Shown here: piece after piece, positions 25,127 to 37,130 of the stretch
Position numbering within the stretch: position 1 is the first letter of the stretch
Layout: each line of letters begins with the position of its first letter
Virus record (IMG/VR): IMGVR_UViG_3300045125_000172
Coordinates: 8,244-72,243 of that record
From: a virus
Reading direction: 5' to 3' (one strand)
Length of the DNA: 64,000 bases
Made by a program: the position numbers and the translations under genes
Notes under the pieces: generated by a model
What the model saw: only the letters and a program-made list of their open reading frames with translations
Databases searched by the model: none
Told to the model about the DNA's origin: nothing

Positions 25127-25660
25127 TTAGTTGTATTTTATCAACTTTTTACTAATTAGGCCACAAGCCAGGATATTATCTGATAAATTATCTAAAAGAT
25201 AACCAGTAGATGGATAGATTGTTTTAATATCATGTCCTACTAATATCTGAGCAGCTTTATACATTAACTCTAATGTAAATACTCTATATTCTAGTATATA
25301 TCTTAATTCAACTTTTTCAGTATCACAAAGTTCTTTAATTTTTGTTATATCTTCTCTAAATTTATCATATTTTCTATTGCAAAGAAAGTATGATGGACTA
25401 ACTATTTCAATTATATCGCATCCGGATCTGATAGAGTTTTCAACAGAAAGGAGTCTGGATTTTTGATCCATTATTCCCAGTGGATAGTCTATAACCGTAC
25501 CAAGCTTAATAGTTAGTGGCAGTAAGGACTTGGCTAATTTAGTATATGTTGGTAGAACAGATACTGAGTTTGGTTTAAGATTTACAGCATCAGTAATAAA
25601 ATTTTTTGCTTCTGTTTCATTACTTGCAATATCATAATGTGCATATTCTATATATTTCAT
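25127..25660 (-). CDS. DeoC-like TIM-barrel protein, catalytic Lys apparently absent
   Basis: SVSVLP, TVIDYPLG, SGCDIIEIV, LRYILE, YPSTGY (canonical KTSTGF). Confidence 0.75.
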   Translation of the reverse strand: MKYIEYAHYDIASNETEAKNFITDAVNLKPNSVSVLPTYTKLAKSLLPLTIKLGTVIDYPLGIMDQKSRLLSVENSIRSGCDIIEIVSPSYFLCNRKYDKFREDITKIKELCDTEKVELRYILEYRVFTLELMYKAAQILVGHDIKTIYPSTGYLLDNLSDNILACGLISKKLIKYN

Positions 25661-26360
25661 TATATTTTTTTTGCATAAGTTTTGAGATAGTCTATATTAG
25701 GAAATTTTTTAGTACCCAATATTCCGTCAGCAAAACCATATTCGACCGCTTGTTCAGCAGTTAGTATCCAATCTCTTTTTGTAGCCAACTGTGTAACAAT
25801 ATGTTTACGAGCCATCAATCTTTTCCAATTTTTTCTTTAGAAATCTTACTATTCATACACCTATCTGTAAATATATCTATCATCTTTTCGCTTTCTTTCT
25901 CGCTCCATTGAATCATACTTAAGGCCGCTTTGTGTTCATTATCAACACTTATTGAGCCGTAATGTACCAAAAAATTTACATTAGGCATTAATATTCTTAA
26001 ATTAGCACCCTGAAATAAAACAGTGCTGCTTGATTCAACTTTAGCATACGCAACAATTATTGTTCTGGCTTTTGAACTTTTTAAAGCATCGTATATACCC
26101 AGACAATCTTGCCAATCGCCACCGGGCATATGCATATGAATTAGTATGGGTTCTAAAGATACAGAATTTAAATATCTTAAATTTTTTTCAAAGATCACTG
26201 CTGATCTATAGTCTACTCCAGGCTCATCTTCATCAGAAAAATACGAATGTAAATATAATTCTCTATTATCAACATCAATATTATAATTATGAAGAGTATT
26301 TAGTTTGTATTCTGTATAGTTTTTCTCTTCTATGCTATTAGAGTTATTATTCTTGTTCAT
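25660..26360 (-). CDS. ClpP-like protease, frameshifted
   Basis: HMHMPGGDWQDCLGIYD, VESSS (Ser), FLVHYG (His), RDWILTAEQAVEYGFADGI (Asp). Confidence 0.85.
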
Positions 26361-26784
26361 GTTCTTTTATATTATTCTCTATATTTTTCATTACTTCTCT
26401 ATCTTCAAAAACTTTACCTATACCAATTCTAAATCTATATCTTGTAAAAATGTCAAGAGTTTCTACCCCATCTGTTTTTTCTATAAGATTAACTATTTTT
26501 TTAGATAAATTGAAATTGGTGTGACCAATCCAAAAATTAAATATTTTACTACTAGCGGTATATTCATTGTACGGAATTAAACCCATAGGAGTTGCTATTA
26601 CTCTGATTTGTTTTCCGTGTTCTTTTATAGGATTTGTTTGTGTTTTGTGATCTGTGTCTTCTTCGTCTTCATCAAAAAAATTATTTACTTCACTGTCTAG
26701 ATCTATTTCATTTTCATCATAACCTAAAAATGGATCTCTCCATTTTTCCCATACAATGTATTTCATGTTTTTCTTCCATAGCAT
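26347..26784 (-). CDS. Hypothetical phage protein
   Basis: FNFWIGHTNF..GVETLDIFTRYRFRIGIGKVF; start uncertain. Confidence 0.55.
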   Translation of the reverse strand: MLWKKNMKYIVWEKWRDPFLGYDENEIDLDSEVNNFFDEDEEDTDHKTQTNPIKEHGKQIRVIATPMGLIPYNEYTASSKIFNFWIGHTNFNLSKKIVNLIEKTDGVETLDIFTRYRFRIGIGKVFEDREVMKNIENNIKEHEQE

Positions 26785-27197
26785 ATATTTTAAATGCTTT
26801 AGATGGTCTGATCAAGGGATCGGTGTTATAATTATTTATGCTTTTTTTGAGAGAAAGATATTGTTTCAAAAAAAATACAATATTATCATAAAATAACAAA
26901 TGTTTTTCGGAAATCTGTTTTTGTTCTTCAATATTATGTAATAATAAATCTGTCATATATTTATTATTTTCACAAATAACAGATAAAAAATATGCTATTT
27001 TTTCACATTTCGATATGCTAGAACTATTACTCAGAATATCTTCTACGTCTGTATCTATTTTACAAAATATTTGTTCTGTCTCTATATCGGCTGATATTTT
27101 TATATTTATATCTGATTTGATATCTGATATGTCTTGATCAGTATTTATTGCGGTTTTTTTATTACTTAAGGATAGTAAATAAGAAAAATTTTTTTAA

Positions 27198-27587
27198 TTA
27201 TAACATACATACTAATTTTCTTAATGTTTCATAATATCCAATATATGGTTTAATATCAATCCAATAACAATTATTCATTAATTTAGTATTGTCTGGAACA
27301 TATATACCATAATATATCGCTGTTGTTGTACAATCAGCTTCCTCATCGTATATCAATTCAATATTCAAAAGTTTGGGTTTTGACCAATTAAAATCTAGAT
27401 TAACACACCTTTCAAATAGTAATTGAACTGTGCTTTCTAAATCCAAATTATGTTTTTTAGGATCTAGTGTTGAAATATCTATTTGTGGCAATAACAGTAA
27501 ATCATTTTGATTAGAAATAATATTAATACTATCTTTAGTCAAATTGGCGGTATAGATTATTGATATTATTGATGTTTTTGTTGTCAT
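27198..27587 (-). CDS. Hypothetical protein
   Basis: 129-aa ORF overlapping the sigma gene stop. Confidence 0.5.
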   Translation of the reverse strand: MTTKTSIISIIYTANLTKDSINIISNQNDLLLLPQIDISTLDPKKHNLDLESTVQLLFERCVNLDFNWSKPKLLNIELIYDEEADCTTTAIYYGIYVPDNTKLMNNCYWIDIKPYIGYYETLRKLVCML

Positions 27588-28155
27588 TGATTGATAGATT
27601 CTCTGATAGTATTTAGGGCTTTTTGTATATTTTGTCTAACAGCCTCTCTTGTAACAGAAAATTCTGTTCCTATTTCAGCCAATGTTTTATTATCGTAGTA
27701 ATACATTATAAGTTGCTGTCTTTGTTTGTCAGATATGGGCGCGCTATCAATTAGATTCTTCATATCGTTTGTCAAAGTGTCTTTGGATTCTTGTTCTTCA
27801 ATAATATCCGCTGGGTTTTGTGCTGTATTCTCAACATAATGAGTACTATAATAGTCATTATATTTAGCTTGTTTTTTATTTTTTTGAATTTCGATGTAAT
27901 ATATGTTTTAATCGCCCATATAGCACACTGATTTCTGTATGAATACATGCTTTTGCCAAGACCAGTATTTTTTCCTTTTCTATTTCTATCCCAATTCCAA
28001 TCCGCCATCATAATTGCGCTGGCGACTTCTGCTACTGTTTCGTCGTTGTTCAACATCTCCTTAGATAAGCCTGGATAAAATTTAGATGCAAATTTAGAGA
28101 TAGTCTTTTTGGCTATGTTTGTATAGTTCTCTAGCGTATCAAATTCTGTAATCAT
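27584..28155 (-). CDS. Phage-encoded sigma70-family factor (regions 2 and 4), frameshifted
   Basis: Region 4 HTH: ISDKQRQQLIMYYYDNKTLAEIGTEFSVTREAVRQNIQKAL; region 2-like YSYRNQCAIWAI. Confidence 0.75.
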
Positions 28156-28199
28156 ATAATCCTCCTATTAATGTCCTAAAAATCTTTATCTAACTTTAT

Positions 28200-29081
28200 T
28201 TATTTTGTAAGTTTATTCCACTGATCAAAGTCTGGTCTGTCTTTATCTCCTGGCTTAGCTGGTTTGTAATTTTTTCCCATCTTTTGCTTTTTTTGACGAA
28301 TATTTTCCCATAGACCCGGACGATTGTTTACCGCTGCTTCTGTATCGGTTTCGGACGGGACAAACATTACAAAATTGTGAATTGTGGTCATATAGTCTTC
28401 TGTTACCGCGATTTTACCTTGAAGCCAGCTTTCTGTCAAGTTTTCTTTTACGGATTGTTGTTCAAGAGCGTTCATTATGTTCTGAGCGTGTATCATTATT
28501 GATTTAATCGAGCCTACGCTCATTTCAAAAAAATCATTTTTGTATTCCATTAATTCTTGTTCTACTGATTCTTTCTCCATAGTCTCTACTTGTGTAAAAT
28601 CTTGTCCTTTAGATTTTTTAATTTGCATAAGTTTTTGCTTTAACATTTCCAATTCAAGTTCTTTTTCTAATTTTTCAATTTCCATTTCTACTGGATCATT
28701 ATCTTCTTCATTATCCTCTAATCCTTCATCTTCATACTCATAATCATCCATCATATCAGGAATTTCACAAGCCTTACCAGTTTTAACTCCTAGTTTGTCT
28801 TTTGTTGCTTGTGGTAAAGCAGCAATAAATTCTGGTCCTTTTCTTTTTGCCATATTATATAGCTTTTTCAAAAATGCATCATAACTCATCTTGCCTTTCA
28901 TTCTGCCAAAATTACTAATAGCATCTGGAATATCTTGTGGAGTAACAATTGGGAATGATCGTGTTTCTGGAAACAAGAAATCACTATCTTTAAGTTCGCT
29001 ACGTTTTTGTCCTTTGTATGTCTTTTGAGCGGCGTCTACCGCATTTTTAATTCCATTAAGAATATCATTGTATCGTGTCAT
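28200..29081 (-). CDS. Hypothetical protein, probable head-associated multidomain protein
   Basis: DSDFLFPETRSFPI, LTESWLQGKIAVTEDY, GLWENIRQKK modules; function unassigned. Confidence 0.5.
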   Translation of the reverse strand: MTRYNDILNGIKNAVDAAQKTYKGQKRSELKDSDFLFPETRSFPIVTPQDIPDAISNFGRMKGKMSYDAFLKKLYNMAKRKGPEFIAALPQATKDKLGVKTGKACEIPDMMDDYEYEDEGLEDNEEDNDPVEMEIEKLEKELELEMLKQKLMQIKKSKGQDFTQVETMEKESVEQELMEYKNDFFEMSVGSIKSIMIHAQNIMNALEQQSVKENLTESWLQGKIAVTEDYMTTIHNFVMFVPSETDTEAAVNNRPGLWENIRQKKQKMGKNYKPAKPGDKDRPDFDQWNKLTK

Positions 29082-29730
29082 TATAATACCTTTCTAATAT
29101 CTTATTAAGTTTAGCGAACATGACATCTGCAAAAATTAATGAAGCCCTATTGTCGCTTGGATAGTGAACACCTTGCATAACTCTTGCTTGTGCAACTGTA
29201 TATACTATATTTGTGAGCGATTTACTATCGATTTGTGGATAAATACTTTTTAGAATATTAGCCACTAATTTACTATACACCGTATGCCCAGAAGGATATG
29301 ATCCTGAGTGAGTTGTATCTGTTTTAATTATATCAATATTAATATTATATAATTTAGCCAATTGTGTTGGTCTTGGTCTGTTCCAATAATTTTTTGTATT
29401 TAATAAAACTGGCCTAACTATATCATAGAATATATCTATATATTTTTGAGGATAATTTAAATTATAGATTTTCATTAAGTTTAAAAATGGATCATCTAAA
29501 TTTAGATCTATATTATAAATTAATTCAATATCTTGTTGTGTTCTATTTTTTGTTTCCTTAGAAATTAATTCCAATTCTTTGATAGTATCATTATCAGAAT
29601 TACTAGGTGGCGGTTGAAGAATATTCTTCCAATTAAAATCTATTAAATATGATACTGGTTTTTCCAAATATATTGTATCGAATCCTAAACTATTAATTTT
29701 TTTATTAAATAATAATTGATTAAGATTCAT
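29065..29730 (-). CDS. PAP2-superfamily phosphatase / haloperoxidase-like
   Basis: KNYWNRPRP, SYPSGHT, ARVMQGVHYPSD: the three PAP2 signature motifs. Confidence 0.85.
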   Translation of the reverse strand: MNLNQLLFNKKINSLGFDTIYLEKPVSYLIDFNWKNILQPPPSNSDNDTIKELELISKETKNRTQQDIELIYNIDLNLDDPFLNLMKIYNLNYPQKYIDIFYDIVRPVLLNTKNYWNRPRPTQLAKLYNINIDIIKTDTTHSGSYPSGHTVYSKLVANILKSIYPQIDSKSLTNIVYTVAQARVMQGVHYPSDNRASLIFADVMFAKLNKILERYYNDTIQ

Positions 29731-29734
29731 TATA

Positions 29735-30158
29735 TTAATCTATTAATGGTCCACCGGTAATCCATGCGTCGCAGGTTCTATCTCCGGCGCATTTAAAATC
29801 AAATAATTCACAGTAGCCCAAATTAGCTTCCGAAACTATATCTTTAGCAATATCATCTTCTTTGATAGAAGTAGATGCTATTCCTTTTTCTATGCATTGT
29901 CTCATTTTTTCTTTAATAACAAAAGCAGCACAATTTTTACATCTCATAGTTTTTGCTTGTTCTATGGATGTTTTAAATAGATCAGCTTTTTTTGCCAAAA
30001 CTCTGGATTTTCTAATTCTGGATTTGCTGGTCCGTAATTAGCCTTATCAACACAAATTTTTCTATTGGCTAAATTAAGACTAATATCTTGAGTTGCCGGA
30101 GGGCAAACTATATTAGTTTGAATTTCTTCTAATAATTGTTCGGCTCGTGATTTGAACA
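29735..30158 (-). CDS. Hypothetical Cys-containing phage protein (frameshifted)
   Basis: CPPATQDISLNLANR..YGPANP..RCKNCAAF..LGYCELFDFKCAGDRTCDAW. Confidence 0.55.
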
Positions 30159-30159
30159 T

Positions 30160-30699
30160 TATACTTGTAAAGTTAAGAAGTTGTCTAGGCCCATTTGTTC
30201 TATTAGCTTTAAATAACTCTTCGTAAAGTGCTATACCATCTTCACTACCTTGTAGTAATGGAATCATTATATTTGCTGTAATTTCATCTCCAGCAGCACG
30301 AGCAGCAACTATTGTTGCTCTTTCAACTTCTGATGCTTTACGAACAGAATCAAGATTATATTGAATCAAAGCTATCATATCGTGTCTTGTCCAACTAGGA
30401 GGACTAACAGATAGTGGTTGATAATCTATATCAAAAATTCTAATCTTTTAATATTTTCAGCAGAGTGCTTGTGCTCCTGTTCCGCGTCTTCTTTAATCAC
30501 TGCTGCTAATTTTTTATAGCCCCATCTTTCTAGATGTATAGCCTGTGCTGTTAATACTGTGGTTTGTTGCCAGTGAATATTCAAAGACTGTTTGAGTAAA
30601 TCTATTACTGCTTGTGAGCTATATCCTTCAACAGTTTGAGACTTTTGATTTAACTTCTTGTTGAACCAATAATTCTTTAATGCTCTTTTTATCGTTCAT
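30160..30699 (-). CDS. Bacterioferritin/ferritin-like protein (missed by the ORF track, two frameshifts)
   Basis: Manual: IDLLKQSLNIHWQQ..AIHLERWGYKKLAAVIKEDAEQEHKHSAENIKRLEFF..., resembling Bfr helix B (WG..L...E..EE.KHA...I.R..F). Confidence 0.65.
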
Positions 30700-30712
30700 C
30701 TTATACCTCTAT

Positions 30713-31249
30713 TTATAAAAGATCCGAAACATTTGGGTTAGACCAGAATTTGCAACTCCAATATCTTGCTTTCCATTTTGGGCCAGCATTATCGCAGTTG
30801 TGTCTGGCACGAAAATTTCTACGCCTATCTGGATCATCTCTTTTGATTTCCATATTAGGATCACCAAAGTTTACTTTTACCACATTACCTTTTTCATTTT
30901 TCACATAAACGCTAAATTTTTTAGGCCCATTTGGTGTCCTAAATGGTTTATTAAGTTTAACTTTTGATTTTTCGGCTGATATAACTTTTTCATTTTCATC
31001 ATATATAGATGAACATTCTGTTTCCCATACAAATTCATTCCAATTGTCATCCCATTCACAATTACTGGCTAATAATTGATCACAAACATCCTCTAATATG
31101 GAAGATTTGCTTTTCTTTTTTGTTTGACCTAAGCATATTGCTACTCTTTGCTGAGTATTTGGAAAATCTTTTTTCATTGTTTCGTTGCTCATACAACGAC
31201 CAACGAATTTTTGCTTGTCTTCGTTGGGTTTTGGTGATGGTATTGGCAT
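30713..31249 (-). CDS. Conserved phage hypothetical protein
   Basis: MPIPSPKPNEDKQKFVGRCM; KLNKPFRTPNGPKKFSVYV..NFRARHNCD..ARYWSC. Confidence 0.6.
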   Translation of the reverse strand: MPIPSPKPNEDKQKFVGRCMSNETMKKDFPNTQQRVAICLGQTKKKSKSSILEDVCDQLLASNCEWDDNWNEFVWETECSSIYDENEKVISAEKSKVKLNKPFRTPNGPKKFSVYVKNEKGNVVKVNFGDPNMEIKRDDPDRRRNFRARHNCDNAGPKWKARYWSCKFWSNPNVSDLL

Positions 31250-31264
31250 ATAGTATCTCCTATA

Positions 31265-32358
31265 CTATGATATACACTGAATTAGCTGTTGTGCCGAATG
31301 TTGCCAAGAATATTTTTGACCAGTTTTTATCCCGTGTATATTAGTTCTAATGTTATTTTTATAAACATATCTCATATAATCTATAGTCTGATCTATTTGT
31401 TGTTGTCCTATTTTTGCCCAATTTCCATGTCCTAGAAACCATTTTCCATCAAAAGCTGTTTCTTTTTCTGTTATATCTATTAAGAATGAATTATTTTTAT
31501 CACAAAATTCTGTATGAGCCGAATAATTAGTTGTAATTACCGGCTTGTTCATAGCCATAACTTCTAATAGTTCCAGATTCCAGCCTTCTGCTCTGGACAC
31601 AAATAATCCGCAGTCAGCTTTGGATATTAGATCAGCAACATCTTTTTGTGCTTTAACTCTTGGAATGATTCTTATTTTTGATGCTAGTGGTCCCGATGAG
31701 TAGAAACTGTGCCACTGATCCATTTCTTGTTGACTAAAACACGTAGGATCTGACGAACCCATCAACCATAGCTCTACATTATCTTCTGTACTAAATGCTT
31801 TATTAAACAAATCTAATAATAGATCATACCCTTTTCTAACTTCCCATTTACCTATCATAATAAAAACATATGGGTCGTTTGATTGTTTAGTATTTTTATC
31901 TGATAGTTTATAATCAAAAATAGTATTATCTATTCCTAATGGTACAATATTGATTTTTTGTTTTATACCATTATCTTCCAGTATTTTTTTGCCCAATTCG
32001 AAGATACTATGAGTTCATCTGGAACTTTTAAATGTTTTTGTTCTATCTCATTAAATTTATCTAGCTCAAAAAAAGGAAAACCAAAATATCTTCCTGTTGC
32101 TACTCTGGTTTCCAAATCGAATTGATGCCATATTTTAACACATGAGTGCTTTTGGGTCATAATCATTATTAATCATGCTTCCTAAAAGATTATCATCGTC
32201 TTGTGTGTCCAGCGGGGGATATAACCATTTTGCATAGTTATTGGATGTATATGGATATCACAACCCAAATTATGAGCTTGTTTTGCTATGTTCCAACCAA
32301 CAACGCCATACCCTGTATATCCCATTGGACTCATAAGTATCATTTTGCTGTTATTCAT
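31265..32358 (-). CDS. Glycosyltransferase, GT4-type (frameshifted)
   Basis: [10 protein letters not shown]-terminus, [41 protein letters not shown]. Confidence 0.88.
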
Positions 32359-33477
32359 TTTTCATAAACTCTATTATGTGTGTTATTAACCTGAATAAAT
32401 GTTGTTTTTTTACCGAAATCTTTAATTTTAGTAGCGCCTATATAGGTGCATGCGCTACGTAATCCACCATAAATATCTTGCAAAACCTCAATGGCTTTAC
32501 CTTTATATGGAACTGTAACACATTTTCCTTCTGCTGTTCTATATGACGCAACGCCGTCGTGATGCTTATCCATAGCATTTTTACTACTCATTCCGTAATA
32601 TTGCAAAGATACTTTGCGTTTTTCTACATCTGGATATTGAGGATCAATTGGCTGCCATCCTCCACTTCTCATTTTCCATTCATATTTCCATTCTCCTTCG
32701 CATTCATCAACACCAGCGAACATACTACCAAGCATTACAAAATCAGTATTACCACCAAATGCTTTACAAACATCTCCCACTGTCTTACAGCCACCATCAC
32801 TACAAATATGACCCCCAAGACCATGAGCAGCGTCCGAACACTCCATCACAGCACTCAATTGAGGGTATCCTACGCCAGTTTTTAAACGAGTAGTACAAAC
32901 ACTGCCTGATCCTATACCAACCTTGACTATATCCACTTTGCCGTGAATGATTAGTTCTTCTACCATTTCTGGCGTTACCACGTTACCGGCCATTAGAATA
33001 ATTTCAGGATATAATTTTCTGAATATGTAGTAGCTATCTTTACAAATTGCTCAGTATATCCGTTTGCAACATCTAAACAAACATTTGGCGGATCAAATCC
33101 TGTAATTTTAATTGTATCAAAGATTTGTTCTAGTTTATGTATATCTTTATTCGATGTACCAGTAGAGTACAAAATAAGATCTTTGTATTTGAATTTATAT
33201 CACTAGTATATAAATTAATTAATGAATCATCATCATAATGTTTATGTAAGACACGTTATTGCTTGATTCTATAGTGACAGTATCTGCCATCGATAGTGTA
33301 CCAACAGTATCCATATTAGCAACCATAATCGGTATACAAGTTATTGATCGTGAAGAATGCGCAAATTTAAAAGTTCTAGTCAAATCGACTTCTGATCTAC
33401 TATTTAATAGTGATCTTTTTGGACGAATTAAGAACATCATCAAAATCTAGTTTTGTTTCATTAATTATTTTTTGCAT
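32355..33477 (-). CDS. guaC: GMP reductase (frameshifted)
   Basis: [63 protein letters not shown]. Confidence 0.92.
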
Positions 33478-33478
33478 A

Positions 33479-34386
33479 TTATTTTCTTAGTAAATGATAG
33501 TTTTTGATAAAATATTCTATAGTTAGATATAGTCCGTCTTGGATTGATGTGAATTTAAATCCTGGAAATAAACTTTTTACTGTATTACTGTTGCTTGACC
33601 GTATCATCATACCTTCTGGCTTTGATTTGTCAAAAATAACTTTCCTTTTGAAATCCATAATTTTTTACAATGTTCTCAACAACTTCTTGTATAGAATAGC
33701 ATACTCCTGGAGATATAATAATTTCTTGCGGCAACGCTATCATTTTAGACATGATACTCAACAAATCAGCAACATCTGGTGCAAAAATAAACTCTCTTTG
33801 AGCTTTACCAGAACCCCAAACCTCTAAGTCTGTATTATTTAATTTGGCAAGATAGGTTTTATGAATCAGTCCCGGAATAACATGGCTATCATTTAGATTA
33901 TAATTATCTTTTAAGCCATACATATTACTTGGAATAATACACGAAGATCTTATCCCATATTGTTTTATTAAACATTTAGATCCTATGCTTAGTATTCTTT
34001 TACTCATGAGCATATCCGTAATTTGATTGGTGAGGCTCTCCTTGTAGAAGGTATTCTTCCATTAGTGGATTATTCGAATCTTTAGGAAAAATACATCCAG
34101 ATAACATAAATATAGAATCTTGTAAACTATATCTCTGACAGACCTTTAAGATATTTGTATTAATTTCTAAATTATCTATTAGAAAATCATATGGATATAA
34201 AGAATTTGCATTCACACCACCAACTCTAGCGGCTAAATGAAATATTCTATCAATATTATTAACTTCTATAAAGTTACAAAGTTGTTCAAAGTTGTTGAGA
34301 TTTAACTCTGACTTGGTTGGTTTAAATCCAAAATTTATACAACTACCCAGCAGACCATTGCCTCCGGTTACTAAGATGTTGCTCAT
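33479..34386 (-). CDS. GDP-L-fucose synthase / ColC-like reductase (frameshifted)
   Basis: ILVTGGNGLLG, FHLAARVGGV, GCIFP, HQSNYGYA..KR, PSNMYG..DNY..SHVIPGLI, WGSGKAQREF. Confidence 0.88.
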
Positions 34387-35237
34387 ATAAACTCCAGAGA
34401 TTCGTTTGATAGTCCCCAACCATCTCCGTTTGCTGTAAAATTTTCTGGCCTGATACCATATGGATTCATTATGGATCTGTAATCTTTACCAGCATCATGA
34501 TGATCTAAATGAAAAAATAATATATTACTATCCTCAAGATCTCCGCCAAATTTATATTTTGTTGATAATCTAATATGTAATTCTATATCTTGCCATCCCC
34601 AGTATGGAAGTTCCTCCCACCAACAGGGTGCTATCCTCGCCAATTTTTCTAGATATTAATAGTGACATTGCTCTTCCATCAAAACCGTTGGTATTTATTT
34701 TATCATGACGAAATAAAGATAAATCATTGTATGTAATAAAATTATCTACATCATGAAAAGAAATAGAGTTATTATAACATTTTCTAGGAAGATGATATCT
34801 AGATCCCCAAAAGAATATGTCTTCGTTACCAGATTCCGATAAGCGTTCAACAAAATTTACAAGATTACTAAAATTAGCATAAGTGATAAAACAATCTGAA
34901 TCCCAAAAAATTGTATATTTTCCTGTACTATTTTTAAATGCTACATTATAGGCATGAGATATAGAGTAATCCGATTGTTTACTATATTTTTTACCAATAC
35001 TTTGTGGCACATAAACACACTTGAAATTTTGATGTCTATCTTCTATTAGATCGTCAACTATCTTTTTTCGCTACCCCAGTCACATAATACTACCTCAATA
35101 TTTGAATTATTTAATTCATTTAAATTATCAGATAATTTATTAAGACTCATTCCTAAGCCTTTGATCAACACCACCATTCCCTGTTGAATCACAACCATAT
35201 TTATCATTTTTTCCTTGTAAAAGAATTGAGAGAGCAT
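34383..35237 (-). CDS. Glycosyltransferase, GT2/GT7-like (frameshifted)
   Basis: EVVLCDWGS, ISHAYNVAF, FWDSDCF (DxD), YWGWQDIEL. Confidence 0.7.
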
Positions 35238-35239
35238 TA

Positions 35240-36266
35240 TGTTTTATTGATCCTTTATAAAATTATACCATTCAATACTAGAGAGAATACCAGAATTTAT
35301 ATCGATAAAATTTTTAGTACCAAATTCTTTCTCATATTTATCTATAGAGATACTAACATTTGATGGATTGCCAATTAATGTATTATTTTTATCATTATAC
35401 CTATTGGACTACCGGTATGACTAGAAATAACTTCAGCAATATTTTTGATACTAACTTTTTCTTTTCCTGTGAGATTATATATTGTTGATGATCCATTGCA
35501 TATTACATTGAAAATCATTTCACACATATCTCCAATATAACACAATGTTCTAGTAGCCGATCCATCATCCATTAAAGATATTTTATTACTATTTATAGAT
35601 TTTTTAATCAAATCATTTATTACTCTAGAATCATCTGGCTTGAATCCTGGACCATACGTTGTACTAATACGTCCTATTTTTATTCTGTATTTGTCTGTCA
35701 TACTAAGACAAATAGCCTCACCACATCTTTTAGATTCAATATAGCATGATCTTGGATGGTTGGTTGAGGTTATTCCTATATCTTCTTCAGAAATATTCTC
35801 TTTTATTAATCCGCTATATATTTCACTACTACCACAGTAGAAAAAGTACCTGTTTTATTCAAAAGTTTGAATAAATTCATAACAGTACTAGTATTTAGTT
35901 TTATTGTTGATAATTTATCGTCTAAAAATTTATTAGGTTGAGCATATCCTGCTGAATGTATAATTATATCCGCATCGAACAGATTTTCTGCAAAATAATT
36001 TTCGATCAGATCAATACTATTATTTTCTGTTAAATCACCAACAACAGTTATACAGTTATTGAATAGTTGAGAAAAGTACTTCGGCGGAGCATTATTAACT
36101 AAACATATAATATTAATATTGTATATCTTTTTAAGATGATTTAAAAACCTAATAGATTTATGCCTATTAATCCTGATGCTCCAGTCAGTACTATTGTTTT
36201 ATTGTTTAGAAATTCAAATTTAGAAGTATCTATATTTGTATACTGATCATAAATTAGTTTAAGCAT
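35240..36266 (-). CDS. NAD-dependent epimerase / UDP-glucuronate decarboxylase-like (frameshifted)
   Basis: IVLTGASGLIG, IIHSAGYAQP, SSEIYSG, HPRSCYIESKRCGE (YxxxK), YGPG..DDSRVI, ATRTLCYIGD. Confidence 0.8.
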
Positions 36267-37130
36267 GATTTTATTTTTTGTATTTATATTATCAATATCT
36301 AGACCGAGTTTTACATCGTGTTCGTGTTTTGATCCATAATTGTGCAAAAATTTTCTTGGTATACCAATGTTAGTTATGTTATATGTTTCGTTATGCAAAA
36401 TATTGGATATGATGTAATTGGTTGTTCCCTGGTAAAATGGCTCACATATAATAATTTTTGAATTGAAGTTTTCAAGTAAAACTTTTTCATCAAAAGGCCA
36501 TAATGTACTATAATATAGCAATGTTACATCTAAATTTTTAGTAGCTTCAAATACTTGTTGTAACATCGGACCATAGCATATAACAGTTGCTTTTGATCCT
36601 GTTTTAATAATATTCGCCTTACCATACTGTACATCTAAGTTTAATTCGTGTTCAAATTCGCTAAGCCTAAAATATTTTGGATTATTATTTGAATATGTTT
36701 CTAGTAATAACTGATCTAGTTCTTTAGAATTTCCTGGTATTATGATACTCATATCTTCTATCGTTAGCAACAGAGACACATCACCCGGACAATGATGAGT
36801 ACAGCCTAAGCCAGCGTAATCATAGGATGATCCCACACTAATAAAATTACCATTTAGTTTTTGATAACCAAAATCTATTTTAAGTTGTTCGAAAGCTCGT
36901 TCTACCAGAAACGGTGCTATTGTATGAACAAATGGAACTAAATTACTTTTTGATAATCCGGCAGCCAGACTTATTGTGCTTTGTTCTAATATTCCGATAT
37001 TATATACTCTTTCAGGTATGGATTTTAATTCTTCATTAAAAGCAAACACTCCTATATCGCCTAATAATAAAATACTGTTATTATCTTGATGAAGTATATG
37101 TTTAAGTGTTTTCACAAATTGTTTTCTCAT
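36260..37130 (-). CDS. Transketolase-like, C-terminal (pyrimidine-binding) subunit
   Basis: LLGDIG, YNIGILEQSTISLAAGL, ERAFEQLK, GCTHHCPGD, YFRLS. Confidence 0.88.

Noticed and set aside
29271-29282. RGTGTAT motif copy inside the PAP2 gene
   Set aside because: It coincides with the conserved GHTVY codons and lies about 190 nt from the next start; probably chance.
29962-30378. Single 138-aa protein as given in the ORF track
   Set aside because: It joins the C-terminus of the ferritin-like protein to the N-terminus of the next gene (MFKSRAEQ...), most likely through an indel.
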